This document shows positions 37,501 to 49,724 of a DNA stretch of 64,000 nucleotides, piece after piece. This DNA is from Callorhinchus milii (taxonomy: Eukaryota), in contig NW_024704742.1 in assembly GCF_018977255.1 (NCBI RefSeq), positions 39,496,001 through 39,560,000 on the forward strand. Direction: 5' to 3'. The notes under the pieces are model-generated. The model was not told the DNA's origin. It saw only the letters and a list, made by a program, of their open reading frames with translations, and ran no database searches. A program made the position numbers and the translations under genes. Each line of letters opens with the position of its first letter. The first letter of the stretch is position 1.

Positions 37501-37849
37501 TCTTGCGTTCGTCTACAAAATACACAGTCACTGCATTTTACAGTGTATTCTGTGAAGTGCTTTAAGATGTGCTCTCGATGGGAAAGGTGCTATATCAAAA
37601 GCAAGGAATTTTTTCTTCTTCTACGGCTTCTTCTATTTTTCCCAATGTTATGTTCCTCTTTTATCCAAGAAAAGCTATGATGCAAACCCACCTGGGAAAA
37701 CAAAAGAAAGTGTGTGACACTGATCCCTTTAGTATTGCAAGTGATAGAAAAGTGTGACTGTTTTATCTAAGAAAAGCTTTGTGCCTGTGGCTTGACTGCA
37801 TATCCTAGTGCACACAGTGACAAAATCAGGTGGGATTGAGAGATGCAGT

Positions 37850-38162
37850 CTAAAACCCTACCAACCCACTTACTCCCTCCGCTTAACAGTTACGAGTCTG
37901 CTTCATATCCCCACCCTTGGCAGTCGGGCCTTCAGTACTTCTACCGCTTCATTTTGCCCTTCCCTCGTCTCCTTCAAAGTCCACCTCAAGACCTTCCTCT
38001 TTTACTGTGATTTTAGTCATCTTCATATTTCCAATCCCCTTGCATCCACCCTTCCAGAATCCAACCACCAGCTCAGGTGCAAACCCTCAACTGTCCAGCA
38101 TGTTGGGACATCCTCCCAAAGTGAATGGCGCAAAATAAATACAATTTATTCTTCTTGTTGTG
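37850..38162 (+). mobile_element. L2 3' end
   Basis: SFKVHLKTFLF; degenerate tail. Confidence 0.78.
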
Positions 38163-38542
38163 GTGAGAGGAGGTAAGTGCAGTTATGAATCAAAGGGTGG
38201 CAGCTCATTGTATCCTAATAAGCTATCTCGTTCCTATAGTTTTGTCATGGTGGATTAAAAACTGGACCAAATAGTGATCGGAGCAACAATATTAATTGGA
38301 GTATTAGGCTGCCAGTTAGTGGGATCGTGGCTTAGCTCTGAGGTTTTTGTTCAACAAAGCTGCACCTGCTGATCAACATTTAAATGTGTTGAATCCACCT
38401 TCATAGGCATCAACAAATATTTTTGTGCAGCGAAGGAAGGCAAAGGGAAGCCACTTCCAAAAATCCACATATAATTTGAACATTCAATGTGATAACTTTA
38501 ATAAACATTTGATCTGGTAACCAATGTGTGTGGTAAGCCTAT

Positions 38543-38895
38543 GTCAGCCTGGCTAAATTGATAGCACCCTTGCTTTGAAGTCAGAAGGCATTCAATCTGA
38601 ACATTGGGACTTCAAGCTTACAGTCTAGGCTGATACTCTATTGCAATGCTGGGGGTGTTCTGTAATGTTGAAGGTGTTGTTTTTTGGATGGAACATTAAA
38701 CTAAAGCCAAGTCTACCTGTTCAGGTGGATGTTAAAAGATACCATGGCGCTGTTGGAAAAGTGAAGGGAGTTGCTTACGGTGTCCTGGCTAATAATCACC
38801 CAAAATAAAATTAGTCACTTAATTCATTGGCTGTTTGTGGGATATTGATGTGCCCAAACTGGCTGTTATATTCACCCACAAATATGCAGTCATTA
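38543..38895 (+). mobile_element. DeuSINE, 3' end lost next to an L2 insertion
   Basis: ctgttcaggtggatgttaaaagataccatggcg...gtgtcctggc. Confidence 0.82.
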
Positions 38896-38928
38896 TTATA
38901 ATTAATCTAAATGATGATTCTGGGATTA

Positions 38929-39692
38929 TCCGCGCCACAACTGGCACCGCCTTCCATCACCTCCGGAATGTCGCCAGACTACGGCACAACCTCACCCCTC
39001 ACGCTGCTGAAACTCTGATCCACGCCTTTATCACCTCAAGGCTGGACGATGGGAACTCTCTCCTCGCCGGCCTTCATGGCACCTCCCTCCACAAGCTGCA
39101 GGTCATTCAGAACTCTGCAGCTCGTGTACTGTCCCGCACCAGGCTTCGCAACCACGTCACTCCCACCCTCGCTCACCTCCACTGGCTTCCCATCCCCCAG
39201 AGGATCGAATTCAAGATCCTCATCCTCACTACAAGGCCATTCACGGCCTTGCTCCCTCCTACCTCTCCGACCTACTATCCCCCTATCTACCTGCCCGTAC
39301 CCTTCGTTGTTCTGGCTCCAGTCTGCTCCACATCCCCCGCCCCAACCGCCCTACCATCGGTGGTCGGGCCTTCAGCCTCTCAGCCCCTCGGCTCTGGAAC
39401 TCTATCCCCCAGTGCCTTCGCTTTGCTTCCTCCCTTTCCTCCTTTAAGGCCGGTCTCAAGACCTTTCTCTTTGACCGTGCCTTCAGCTCCCCTCTCGACT
39501 CTCTTCCCCCTCCTCGCTCCCTCCCTTCCCTCCCCTCACCCTGACCATTTCCCCCCTCCTCGCTCCCTCCCTTCCCTCCCCTCACCCTAACCATTTCCCC
39601 CTTGCTCGGGTCCTGACCCAACTGTACAGTGCCTTGGGACGTCCTCCCGACGTGAAAGGCGCTCAATAAATGGAATCTTGTTGTTGTTGTTG
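38929..39692 (+). mobile_element. L2 3' fragment, same young subfamily as 23428-25490
   Basis: [17 protein letters not shown]...[13 protein letters not shown]...[15 protein letters not shown]; same 3'UTR; (TTG)n tail. Confidence 0.95.
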
Positions 39693-40029
39693 TAGTTATG
39701 AGAAGAAGCTTGCAGATCTTTTTCTCATGAAAAAAAGGATTTGGTGGGGGAAGGGGAGGAGAGTAAGGTGTTCCACATTTTTAAAAGGCTTTTTGTATAC
39801 AGGGATTATGTTGATGCTTTAAGACTGCTTGACTTATACTTTAAGAGAACAGGAGTGTTTAGGCTTGAAATTTAAAAGACCTGAAGTAGAATTAGACATT
39901 AGATCAATTTGGGGAAAAAAGAAATGTGTAAGTATCTACTTGAGACCAGTATTGTTGTATGAAAAAAAGTCGAGGATATAGGAATAAGTATTAACTGAAA
40001 CGAACAAATAATCTTCAGGGGTAAACCCA

Positions 40030-41160
40030 ATGGTAGGTGGATAGACTTGCAGCTTACAGACATGGAGCTCGCTGGTTTGAATCCTGATCTGTGTTGAGTT
40101 TGCTGCTCTCAGTCAACAACAACAAAATTAAATTTCTATAGTGCCTCTCACGTTGGGAGGACATCTCAAGGCACTGGACAGTCACTGTTTCGGACTCGAG
40201 CTGGGGGTCAAGATTGGAGAGGGTGGAGTACAGGGGGGGAAGCAGGGTGATCAAAAGCACGGTCGAAGACGAGAGTCTTGAGATGCGTCTTGAAGGAGGC
40301 AAGAGAGGGGACGAAGCAAAGTGACTGCAGGATGGAGTTCCAGAGGGTGGGGAAGAGAGGCAGAAGGTCTACCTGCCATTGGTAGAGCAGGTAAGGTGGT
40401 GACGTGAAGCAGGCCAAAGCCCGTTGAGCAGAGGGAGTGGGCAGGATGGTAGGGGGTTAGGAGGTCGCAGAGGTAGTGGGGAGCAAAGCCATGGAGGGCT
40501 TTGAAGGTGAGGACCAGAATCTTGAACTGTATCCTCTGTGTGATGGGAAGCCAGTGGAGTCGGGCGAGGATGGGGGTGATAGGGTCACGGAGCCTGGTGC
40601 GGGAGCGGACACAGGCTGCAGAGGTTTGGATGATCTGCAGCCTATGGAGGGAGGAGTTGGGGAGGCTGACAAGCAGGGAGTTTGCATAGTCAAGCCTCAA
40701 TGTTATGAAAGCATATATGAGGGTTTCGGCGACCTGTGGTGCAAGACAATGTCAGAGCCGGGTGATGTTGTGGAAGTGGGGGNAGGCAGAGCGGGTCATG
40801 GCACAGATGTGGGGTAGAAAGGATAGTTGAGGGTCAAACAAGACGCCAAGATTCCAGACTGGCTTAATAAGGTGGAGTATGGAACCATGGACGGTGATGC
40901 TGTCAGCGCCTGAGGTGAAGAGGCGCTGACGGGAGCCAATGAGGAGAGCCTCAGTCTTGACGTTCAACTGAAGAACGTTAGCTCTCATCAAGGACTCATC
41001 CAGCCAAACTCGCAAGGGGAGGTTACATTGCCCTTCCTCGGAGTAGGGAGGGGAAAACAGCCAAAGTTCCTTATCGGGGTCTCTCTATAGCACCCTGTAT
41101 TCGTTATATATTTGTAGTGGCAGCCGGGTGGAGAGAGATCAGGCTTGAATATTATTCACT
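40030..41160 (+). repeat. older SINE-like repeat split by an L2 (related pieces on - at 26350-26500, 29275-29395, 32730-32945)
   Basis: B-box-like ggtttgaatcctgatctgtgttgagtttgctg; continues after the L2 with tagggaggggaaaacagcc, matching the reverse complement of 32850-32935. Confidence 0.55.
40113..41003 (-). mobile_element. L2 3' fragment inserted in an older SINE-like element
   Basis: [15 protein letters not shown]...RLDYANSLL...LHWLPITQRIQFKIL; L2 tail. Confidence 0.92.
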
Positions 41161-41164
41161 CTAC

Positions 41165-41530
41165 AGTAATCCTTTGCTGATTTGATATAGCGCCTTATCA
41201 CATCTCAAAGCGCTTTACAGAATACATTGTAAAGTAAATTGACTATATTTTGTGAGCGAAATCCTTCAGCCAATTGCACACAGCAGTGTCCCATAAATAG
41301 TCATGGATTGAGTGATCAAATTATTATTATTTTTATTTTCTTTGAAGGAATTATTATTCCCAGAAAAGCGATCTGCCAATCGACTATCAACTGGGTTCCT
41401 GCTTACTGCTAGCTAAACAGAGGAGTATGGAGTAACGAAACTTGCCCAATGTTTTGCCCTGCAGGAATAAAACCTGGGTCCTCTCGCTTGCAGGACAATT
41501 GCTCTAACCACTAAGCTACTAGACTCCACC
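41165..41530 (-). mobile_element. tRNA-derived SINE, long subfamily
   Basis: Head, central segment and tail as in 50214-50608. Confidence 0.88.
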
Positions 41531-42869
41531 ACTTGGGTGGGATATGGGAGGGCAACCAACACTCCACTCCCAGCAAGAGGGTGGGAGCAGAGGGGCTGGA
41601 GAGAGAATTAAAAGAAATTGAACACACTAATTTAAAAAGAAGGGAAAAAATCTATAGAACTCAATGGTTTTTTGTGCTGCAAAGGAAGCCAGGTTTCAAT
41701 ACTAGAGGGAAAACAAAATTATGTATTTTTGTAATTACCTTGGGGGTTCATGGATTATCTGTACAGAGTTATCCTTCTTCAGACAGAGTGAATGGTTGTA
41801 ACGTTCTTGGTCCATTGTAAGAGCAAGACTGTTGGGCTGAATAGGTTGATTTACCTTTTCCTCTTTCTAATGTTTTCTTATATGATTGCTATTGCTCTTT
41901 TTTGCAGATGAAAATGAATTTTATTTTTGCCTCTAGCAATGCTTACCTTTAGCACATAAAAAACGACACTAGGGAACATCGAAGTCTGCCACTCATCTTG
42001 ACTGAAATTTATCCCAAGTACTGAACTGAAACTCCCTCTGATACATCTGCTGTCTGTGTTATTGAAACTGCGCCAGCATATCAAAGTGCAGCTGCCATCA
42101 TGTCGGATTCAGTTACATCACCAGCATTCATGGAAAAAAAAGATAAAAGGCCTTGTATCTGCTGCAGCTCAAACTTACTCCAACAGTCAATATGATGGAG
42201 CTTTCAGCCTGGGATATCCCTTGCTGCTTCAGTAACAGCCTATCTGAGCAATCCCACTGCAACAACTAGACCACTTTTGCTCCCTCCCTTGGGACAAACA
42301 GTTAAAGCATTTCAATAACTATGTTTCCTAGATATAGGCTGAGGTTTTGCTAGCTTATCCTCGCCAGACCTTTCATACATAAACAGATTCCCATGAATGT
42401 AAAGTTAAACCATTTTTTGGTAGAGTGAAGTTTATGCAGTTTAATGTGTTCCTTTTAGTGATTATCACCAACTCGCAGTTGTATAGGTAATATATCAAAA
42501 GTTGTACAGAATGGGGAGAGGGAAGTGACTGTAGGCATAGCCGAATAATCGAAGAGGTAGGATTTCCACCAAATACTTTAACCATCTGTGACTCAGAAAG
42601 ATTCCCAATAGTTGAATGAATCGTCTTGACATGAGTTAATGACTGATCAAACAAGAAGAAATTTTTTTTTTTCTGAAGTTGGAATGATTTCATTTCAAGC
42701 ATTCCTGCCTCATTTACACACGTTTCATTCAGGGATTTTCAACCCAATCTTAGAGAGCAATCAGCCTCCAGACTGATCCTGGCCTCAGCTAATGGTTCTC
42801 CGAAGCCTACTTAGAAGAGAGATAAGGCATGACCTTCCTTCCAGATTTCCCTCCTCCCCTGTGGGGACA

Positions 42870-43083
42870 GAGTATGGAATTTCTTTGTCCTTTGGATGAG
42901 ACGTTAAACCAAGGTAAGATCTGTCTGTTCAGGTTGGATGTAAAAGATTCCACGGCTATGGCAACTGGATGTTTTTCACCCACAAAATGCAATCATTCCA
43001 CTTTACCATATATCCCGGGAAGCACTTTGAGACGTCTCAATGATGTGATAAAGTGCTACATTAAATGTAAGGATTATTATTAT
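42870..43083 (+). mobile_element. DeuSINE fragment
   Basis: ttggatgagacgttaaaccaagg...ggatgtaaaagattcc plus tail. Confidence 0.8.
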
Positions 43084-43644
43084 AATCGTGTTTGGAACAG
43101 AAGCCTCAATAAGTCGAATTGCCTTCTACATCTTGTTTTTTATGAATCCAACTGCCTGGTCTTTCCAACAGCTAACCATGGCTAACTCAGAGTGTGGAAA
43201 CAAACAGATACAGGCACAAACACTTGTACTGCACTACCATCTGCTCATCATTCTCTCCTCCCATATTCCTCCAATTATAAGTATTCCTATCCTATTCAGT
43301 TAAAAAATGAAATAATATGCTCAATTTTTAAAAATCCACATGGATCTCATTTATGTTTTTTATGGCTTGCGAGACTTTCATTTCCTTTTATTGCTAATGA
43401 ACAACGAGTTGTCATAGCCCTAAACCAAATGATGGCATGTATCTATATATAGACCGGCAATGCGAAATCTTGGGACCAGCTGTACAGTTCTGTCAAATCA
43501 TAAATGGTTCTAGGAAACAAACAAAACCTAGTCCAATGCAAACTATAACATTGAAAGCATCCGTCAGGAAATACATCCTTTCCATTGAGGAAATGCTCTG
43601 TATGAATAATGCCTTTCCACAAAGTTTAACACACAGCACCTGAA

Positions 43645-44193
43645 CTTGACTCCGTTTAACTCCCTGCTTGCCAGTGGTTTCCCAACTCTTCCGTCCACAG
43701 GCTGCAGATTATTCAGAACTCTGCAGCTCATATCCTCTCCAGCACCAAGCTCTGTGACCCTATCAACCCCCACCCTCGTGGTTCACTGACTTCTCATCCC
43801 CCAGAGGATCGAATTTAAGAACCTATTCCTCACTTTCAAAGCCCTCCACAGTCTTGCTCCTCCCTAACTCTGTGACCTAGTAAAACCATACCAACCTGTC
43901 CGCTCTCTCCACTTGGCAGGCACTGTCCTGCTCCACTATCGGTGGTCAGGCCTTCAGTCTTTTTCTCCCCCCTCTGTAGAATTCCATCCTGGCAATCCCT
44001 TCTCCTCATCCCCTTCCTTGCCTCCTTCATGTCCCATCTCGAGACCTTCCTCTTTGAACGTCATCCTCACAAACCCCTTAGCCCCACCTCTCTTGATTCC
44101 AACCCCCAGCTCAGGGGTAAATCCTCACTGTGCAGCACCTTGGGATACCATCCCAAAGTGAACAGTGCTAACTAAATGCAATTTGTTATTGTT
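43645..44193 (+). mobile_element. L2 3' fragment
   Basis: cacaggctgcagattattcagaactctgcagc...; L2 3'UTR and tail. Confidence 0.85.
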
Positions 44194-44639
44194 GAGCAAA
44201 CATATCCATTCTGAGGCCTGATTTTTTTCATTTCAGACTAAAAATTTAAAACTTAAGACCATGTAGAATTTTAGCCTCTGAGATCACCCTGTTTAAATTG
44301 TGGCTTGCTGTGCTTCTCAGACAATGTTTTACAATGTATTGGAATAATAAATTATAAGTGTTTGGTGAATGTTATGTAATTTTCAATGTAAATATTTAAA
44401 AATTCTATTTAGCCGTGATTTATTTTATTCATGTAGTTTAAAGTTATTCCATGTTTGCAATTGTCCATGTAATGCAAAGGCCATCAATATGACGTAATGG
44501 AAAAAGTCCTTTACCAGATGACATGTTATTTCAATATTTAATCAACATGTTGAATAAGTTGCGAAAGTGAAATAAGTTGCGTTAACAGACACTATGAAAG
44601 CACTCAAGAAGCAGATGGAAGTGGTTTGCAAAAAAGGGG

Positions 44640-44872
44640 AGAGAGGGATTGAGAGATATTGTGAATAAGTGTGGGAGCATGAATGAAAATGGTTCTGGGT
44701 CATTAGGTACCATTAGGTGAGATCGGTAGATTTTTAAAAAATAAAGGGATTAGGGGAAGGGCAGGTAAATGGAATTAGGTTAGAAGATCAGCCATGACCT
44801 TATTAAATGGGAGGGTAGACTTGAGGGGCCGAATGACCTACTCCTGCTCCTATTTCTTATGTTCTTATGTTC
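44640..44872 (+). mobile_element. CR1 3'UTR
   Basis: gatcagccatgacc...gaggggccgaatgacctactcctgctcc followed by (TTCTTATG)n. Confidence 0.85.
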
Positions 44873-45000
44873 TAGAAACAATGGATTTTATTTGTTCCAA
44901 TTGGTACTGTTTGTTCGTATTATTACTTAAAAAGAAAAGCTACACGTTTCCTCCCAGCCCAACAGGTAGATAAAAAAGGATTAAAAAAGCGAATTTGCCT

Positions 45001-45348
45001 AATAATAATAATATCCTAGCGTTCAATATAGTGCCTTATCATGTCTCTGAGATGTCCAGAATATTCTGTAAAGTGAATTGACTGTATCTTTTATGGGCCA
45101 ATTGAAAATGCCAATTGGGCACAGCAGTGTCCCAGTTGTGTATTGAGTGACCAAATTTGTTTTTAAGGATTTTTACCCCGGAAAAGTGATCCAACACTTG
45201 ACTAACAACTGGGTTACTACTTACTGCTGGGTAAACAGAGATGTGTGGGGTAAGGAAACTTGCCTAACGCTTCGTCTTGCCCAGGAATCGGACCCAGGTC
45301 CTCTCACTTACGAAACGAATGCTCTAACCACTAAGCTATAGGCCTCTA
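45001..45348 (-). mobile_element. tRNA-derived SINE, long subfamily
   Basis: Head, central segment and tail as in 50214-50608. Confidence 0.88.
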
Positions 45349-45739
45349 CCTAGGAGTGCTTCACACTGGCAGAGGTTAAACAGCAGTTATCTCACTTAAA
45401 TGAGGCTAGAAGCCAATTAAGGCAAATGAAGCTAAGAAATCTACAATAATTCTCTGCTTCTTAGGTTCAGCACACAGAACGATAGTTAATCTTGATCTGT
45501 GTAAGGGTTAAGTCTGCAAATTGATCACTGAATGAGTTTTGATAGTGTTTTGAAACATTTTGTATCAGAAAATGCTCTTTGTGCCAAATGAAGTTGATTT
45601 TGTAAGGAGAGAAAAAAAACTTACATTTTTTAACATTTTATGTCAAAACCTATCAAAGTGTAATTACATGTACTTACTGACAAATGTTTAAGCATTTTTG
45701 TAAGCAAAGGTGGTAGTCGTTGACTACACTACCAGGTTC

Positions 45740-45985
45740 CACAATCAGTCAGGTGGTGAACAGCCAATTAATCTGGAGGATTGTTGCCCAGAACATCACA
45801 AGAAGTCCTTGGCAAACAATGTAATTTTATCTTTAATATCCACCTGAATGTGGCCAGATCGGAATTCAGTTCAACATCTCATCTCAGAAGAGGACAACTG
45901 TAACAATGCGGTGCTCCAGATTGATGTGGCGTCTTGAACCCGCAACCTTCCAGCCCAAATGTGAGAGTGTCAGCAACTGAGTCAA
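45740..45985 (-). mobile_element. DeuSINE (degenerate)
   Basis: atctttaatatccacctgaa...aacatctcatc...cttgaacccgcaaccttc. Confidence 0.72.
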
Positions 45986-46054
45986 ACCAACACCGGGATG
46001 AAAGAAGGTATGAGGAACAGGTGGAGAATTTCCACAAGAATCTAAAGCTGTTAC

Positions 46055-46672
46055 ATCAGCTTGGTTCAGTGGTAACACTGTCCCCTCTGAGTCAGAAGCT
46101 TGTGGTTCAAGTTCCAAGTTGGGACATGAAATCACATAGTCTAAGCTAGTGGTAGACAACCTGTGGTCCACGGGCTACAAGTGGCCCATGGGCTGTCAAG
46201 AAGAGTTCCCCCCAGTTCTAGTAAGTCCGAGTTTGATTGGTAGTACGTTTTCAGTTTTTTCTTGATTGAATATTTTTTGATTTATGGAATAAATCAAGAA
46301 ATATTCAATCAAGAAAATGTATTTTATTGGCTGATGATAAAGGGCCAGCAAAACACTCCAATGTGGTGCTGAGGGAGTGTTGCATTGTTGAGAGTGCTGT
46401 CCTTCGGATAAGACATTGAACTGAGGTCCCACCTGCCTTTTCAGGTGGATGTTAAAGATCCCACAGCACTATTCAAAAAGAGAAGGCAGTTTCTCCCACT
46501 GTCCTGGCCAACAAATCCCCCGAATAAAATTGGTCACTTACTCCATGGCTGTTATCCATGCTTGGCCCACAAAATACATAGATAATCGATTTTATAGTAT
46601 ATCCTGTGAAGTGCTTTGAGATATCTCGAAAACGTGATAAGATGCAATATGAAGAGCAACAATTATCATTAT
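46055..46672 (+). mobile_element. DeuSINE interrupted by a palindromic element (46147-46350)
   Basis: Head 46055-46146; body resumes at cactccaatgtggtgctgagggagtg. Confidence 0.88.
46147..46350. mobile_element. palindromic non-autonomous DNA element (MITE-like, hAT-like left end)
   Basis: Left end tagtggtagacaacctgtggtccacgggc...gtggccc resembles hAT/Charlie termini; 29-bp inverted repeat at 46257-46317; related copies at 56299-56456 and 11152-11272. Confidence 0.6.
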
Positions 46673-47060
46673 TACCGTATATTTGAAGAGGTCAGGCCCG
46701 TACCATGCACTGGAATGTTAAGCATTCAATCCTATAATTAATTATCTGGCTGTAGTAGAAATAATGTGCATGATTGAGCCAAGAGCACAACTGGAATTCC
46801 ATCTAGTCTGAGCCTGTCAGACTATTTCATCTTAAAATATAAGAACAGACGAAAATTATTAAATTCAGTTTTAATTTGGAAGAACTACAAAAAAGCAGGG
46901 CAGGCTGCACATCTTAAGGCTGACCAATTGGGGTCGTGTCTTTCTTATTCTATCAGTGTAGATAGTGTTGAGTTATTTGGTTCTCTCTGGAAGAATTTGT
47001 TGCTGATTTCGCTGAGGCCTTCATCCGTTGATTGTAGTCAGTAGATCTTGTTCAGGTAGG

Positions 47061-47394
47061 ATAATAATAATAATAATAATAATCCTTGCATTTGATATAG
47101 CGCTTTTCACGTCAGGAGGACGTCCCAAAGCGCTTCACAGAACACACTGTAAAGTGAATTGACTGTATATTTGTGGGCGAACGCGGCAGCCAATTGCGCA
47201 CAGCAATGTCCCACAAACAGTCGTAGATTGAAAATGACCAATTAAATTATTGTTTTTTTTTTGGTTTTTTGGAGGGATTATTATTAGGCGTGTGGAGTAA
47301 GGAAACTTGCCCAAGGTTTCGCCCTGCCTGGAATTGAACTCAGGTCTCTCACTTGCAAAGCGAGTGCTCTAACCACTGAGCTACAGGACTCCAC
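47061..47394 (-). mobile_element. young tRNA-Ala-derived SINE, short subfamily, full length
   Basis: A box tagctcagtgg, anticodon arm CTCGC-TTTGCAA-GTGAG, B box gttcaattcc, L2-type stem-loop tail, (TTA)n; flanking AGGAT direct repeat. Confidence 0.95.
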
Positions 47395-47599
47395 AGGATG
47401 AGCAGATAAAGCAGGGCAAGCAATACACTAGCCTGTTACTCGGTTCTGGATACATTGGAGTCTCTTGCTTTGAAGATCTTTAAAGAACGCCAAATTTCCT
47501 CTTTTAGAGTTTCTCAGCACAATGAAAAACAGTTCACAACTGATTACGTCAAATGTAGTGTCCATTTACTCCAGCTACCATGAGATGAATTGCAAAGTC

Positions 47600-47760
47600 C
47601 TGCCAGATACCATGAGATCAATCTGAAGGATTGTTGCTCAATTATTCTCATCAGAGTTGGAAGAAGAATAAGGTCAAGGTACTGGTGATGACATCAATGC
47701 TTAATTTTATGCCTCGCGTTACTGTTTTGCAGGAGAAGTTCACATGCAACAGGAAAATCT
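47600..47760 (+). pseudogene. second copy of the Myb/SANT-like remnant
   Basis: Aligns with 50825-50943: SHQSWKKNKVK|54-nt GT-AG|EKFTCNRK. Confidence 0.45.
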
Positions 47761-47779
47761 GTTTATCTGGAAGTATTAG

Positions 47780-48190
47780 GTTAGCAATAGCCAAGGCTTG
47801 GTGACCACAGTGTGTGCATTGGGGTACTGCTGGAGTCTAAACAGCTACAAACACTTAGCCTGCCATTGATATTGCTGTCAGGCAAACTTTCCTACTGCTT
47901 GTCTAGGAACACCCTACCCATTAGGGCTTTGGCTTGCAGGGTTAACAGGAGCTGAGTAGGATAACTCCCTGCCCCCAGTCACTGGCCTGCCCTTCCAGGT
48001 CCTGCCGATGAGCCAGGCTGGCTGTGCTGTCATCAGCAGTGCCCTGAAATACTGCGGACTTGCCTCGTTCAGGACCCAGACTACTGATACCACCACAGAT
48101 CACTGGCTCGATTTCGACATTCCGTTGCCAGGCATGTCACCTTGGAGCCTGTTCAGCTCGAAGGAGACCCCGCTTACCTCCCCCCCAAGA
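47780..48190. repeat. unclassified dispersed ~400-bp repeat (other copies: 7765-8085 same orientation; 26030-26340 and 49030-49305 inverted)
   Basis: Colinear shared motifs: gttagc..agccaagg, tactgctggagt, ggcaa.cttccta.tgcttgtc, ccctgcccccagtcactg, cagtgccctgaa.tactg.ggac. Confidence 0.8.
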
Positions 48191-49409
48191 AAAATAGTCA
48201 ACTAGTCCACCAGAAATAGGAGGACGAGACCAGGGGTCTCTGCAGCATTTCTGATTACTTCACTGAAGAGTTTGCTGAGAATATAAACACAAAATAACAA
48301 CATCGGGCATGAACCCACAATCTTCAGACCCAAAGGTAAAAGTACCTAACTGGATGTAGGCAGTAGGAAACCTGACTCTTTCATTATTATCATCCTCTGA
48401 TGCTTCCGTCTCGGCACCTATTTTATTGCTGAACAAATCAAGAAATAAAGCTCAATTGCCTCATTATGTGCTCATTATGAGTCCATTTAATGCTGAAGAG
48501 TGCACTAAATCCTTACAGGTTAATGAAAGTTGTTGAACCTCCAGCAGCACTCGGCAGGTCAGTGGAAAATTATACCTTCCTCCATCTTCATTTATCAAGT
48601 GGATACATTTACCATTTACCACTCCATTTTTTTTCTTAACTCAATAATGTCCAACAGGGGAAAGTGCTCCCATGCCTCCATTACATGGCATGACAATGAA
48701 ATATTTCTGTGCTTAAAATCCTGAAGTCCTAGTTTCATTATACTTTGCAGAACCTTCTAAAGTTCAGTGCAAAAAAAACGGTGATAGACATCATGACTCA
48801 CTGGGGAGAAATTTCAGTGGACAGAGGGGATTGGAGTAAAGGGGTCTGGATGGTGTTTGCATCATATTTTTTTCATGCCAAAATAATAACGGTGAGATAT
48901 TTCTCTTTTTATGGGTTAGTGTCTGGCAGGTTCAAATTCAGACGGCTTCACTGTAGCAATTAGTTTTAAGAACCAGTCTTCAACCCCAGGTTAACAAGAA
49001 TAACAATTTATTCTTGACTATCCTTCTTGGGGGGGAAGTAAGTGGGGTTTTCTTGGCGCTGAACTGGCTCCAAACTAACATGTTGGGTAATGGAATGTGG
49101 GAATCGAGCCAGCCCTCTGTGGTGGTCTCAGTAGTCTGGTTCCTGAGCCAAGTGGGTCCGCATTACTCCAGGGCACTGCTGATGACAGAATAGCCAGCCT
49201 GACTGTTCGGCAGGATTTGGAAGGGCAGACCAATCACTGGGGGCAGGGAATTCTCTCACTCAGCTCCGTGTTAACCCAGCAAGCCAAAGCCCAGTTGACT
49301 AGAAAAACACACAAAATAACCAAGGTGATTATTGTCGATGACCACTATAATATATATATATATATATAAGTGAAAAAAAGAACCACAACCATTGGTGGGG
49401 GAGGACTCT

Positions 49410-49724
49410 AATAATAATAATAATCCTTGCATCTGATATAGCGCTTTTCACGTCGGGAGAACGTCCCAAAGCGCTTCACAGAACACACTGTAAAGTGAAT
49501 TGACTGTATATTTGTGGGAGAACGCGGCAGCCAATTGCGCACAGCAATGTCCCACAAACAGTCGTAGATTGAAAATTCCCAATTTATTATTGTTTTTTGT
49601 TTTGGAGGGATTATTATTAGGCGTGTGGAGTAAGGAAACTTGCCCAAGGTTTCACCCTGCCTGGAATTGAACTCAGGTCTCTCGCTTGCAAAGCGAGTGC
49701 TCTAACCACTGAGCTACAGGACTC
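49410..49724 (-). mobile_element. young tRNA-Ala-derived SINE, short subfamily
   Basis: Nearly identical to 47061-47394; flanked by AGGACTCTA direct repeat. Confidence 0.95.

Noticed and set aside
47320..47394. tRNA-Ala-like sequence (also 49650-49724, 62300-62360, 27290-27362)
   Set aside because: These are SINE heads, continuous with SINE body and tail, with no proper acceptor stem.
47684..47760. Box C-like GTGATGA suggesting a C/D snoRNA
   Set aside because: No downstream CTGA box or terminal stem in either copy.
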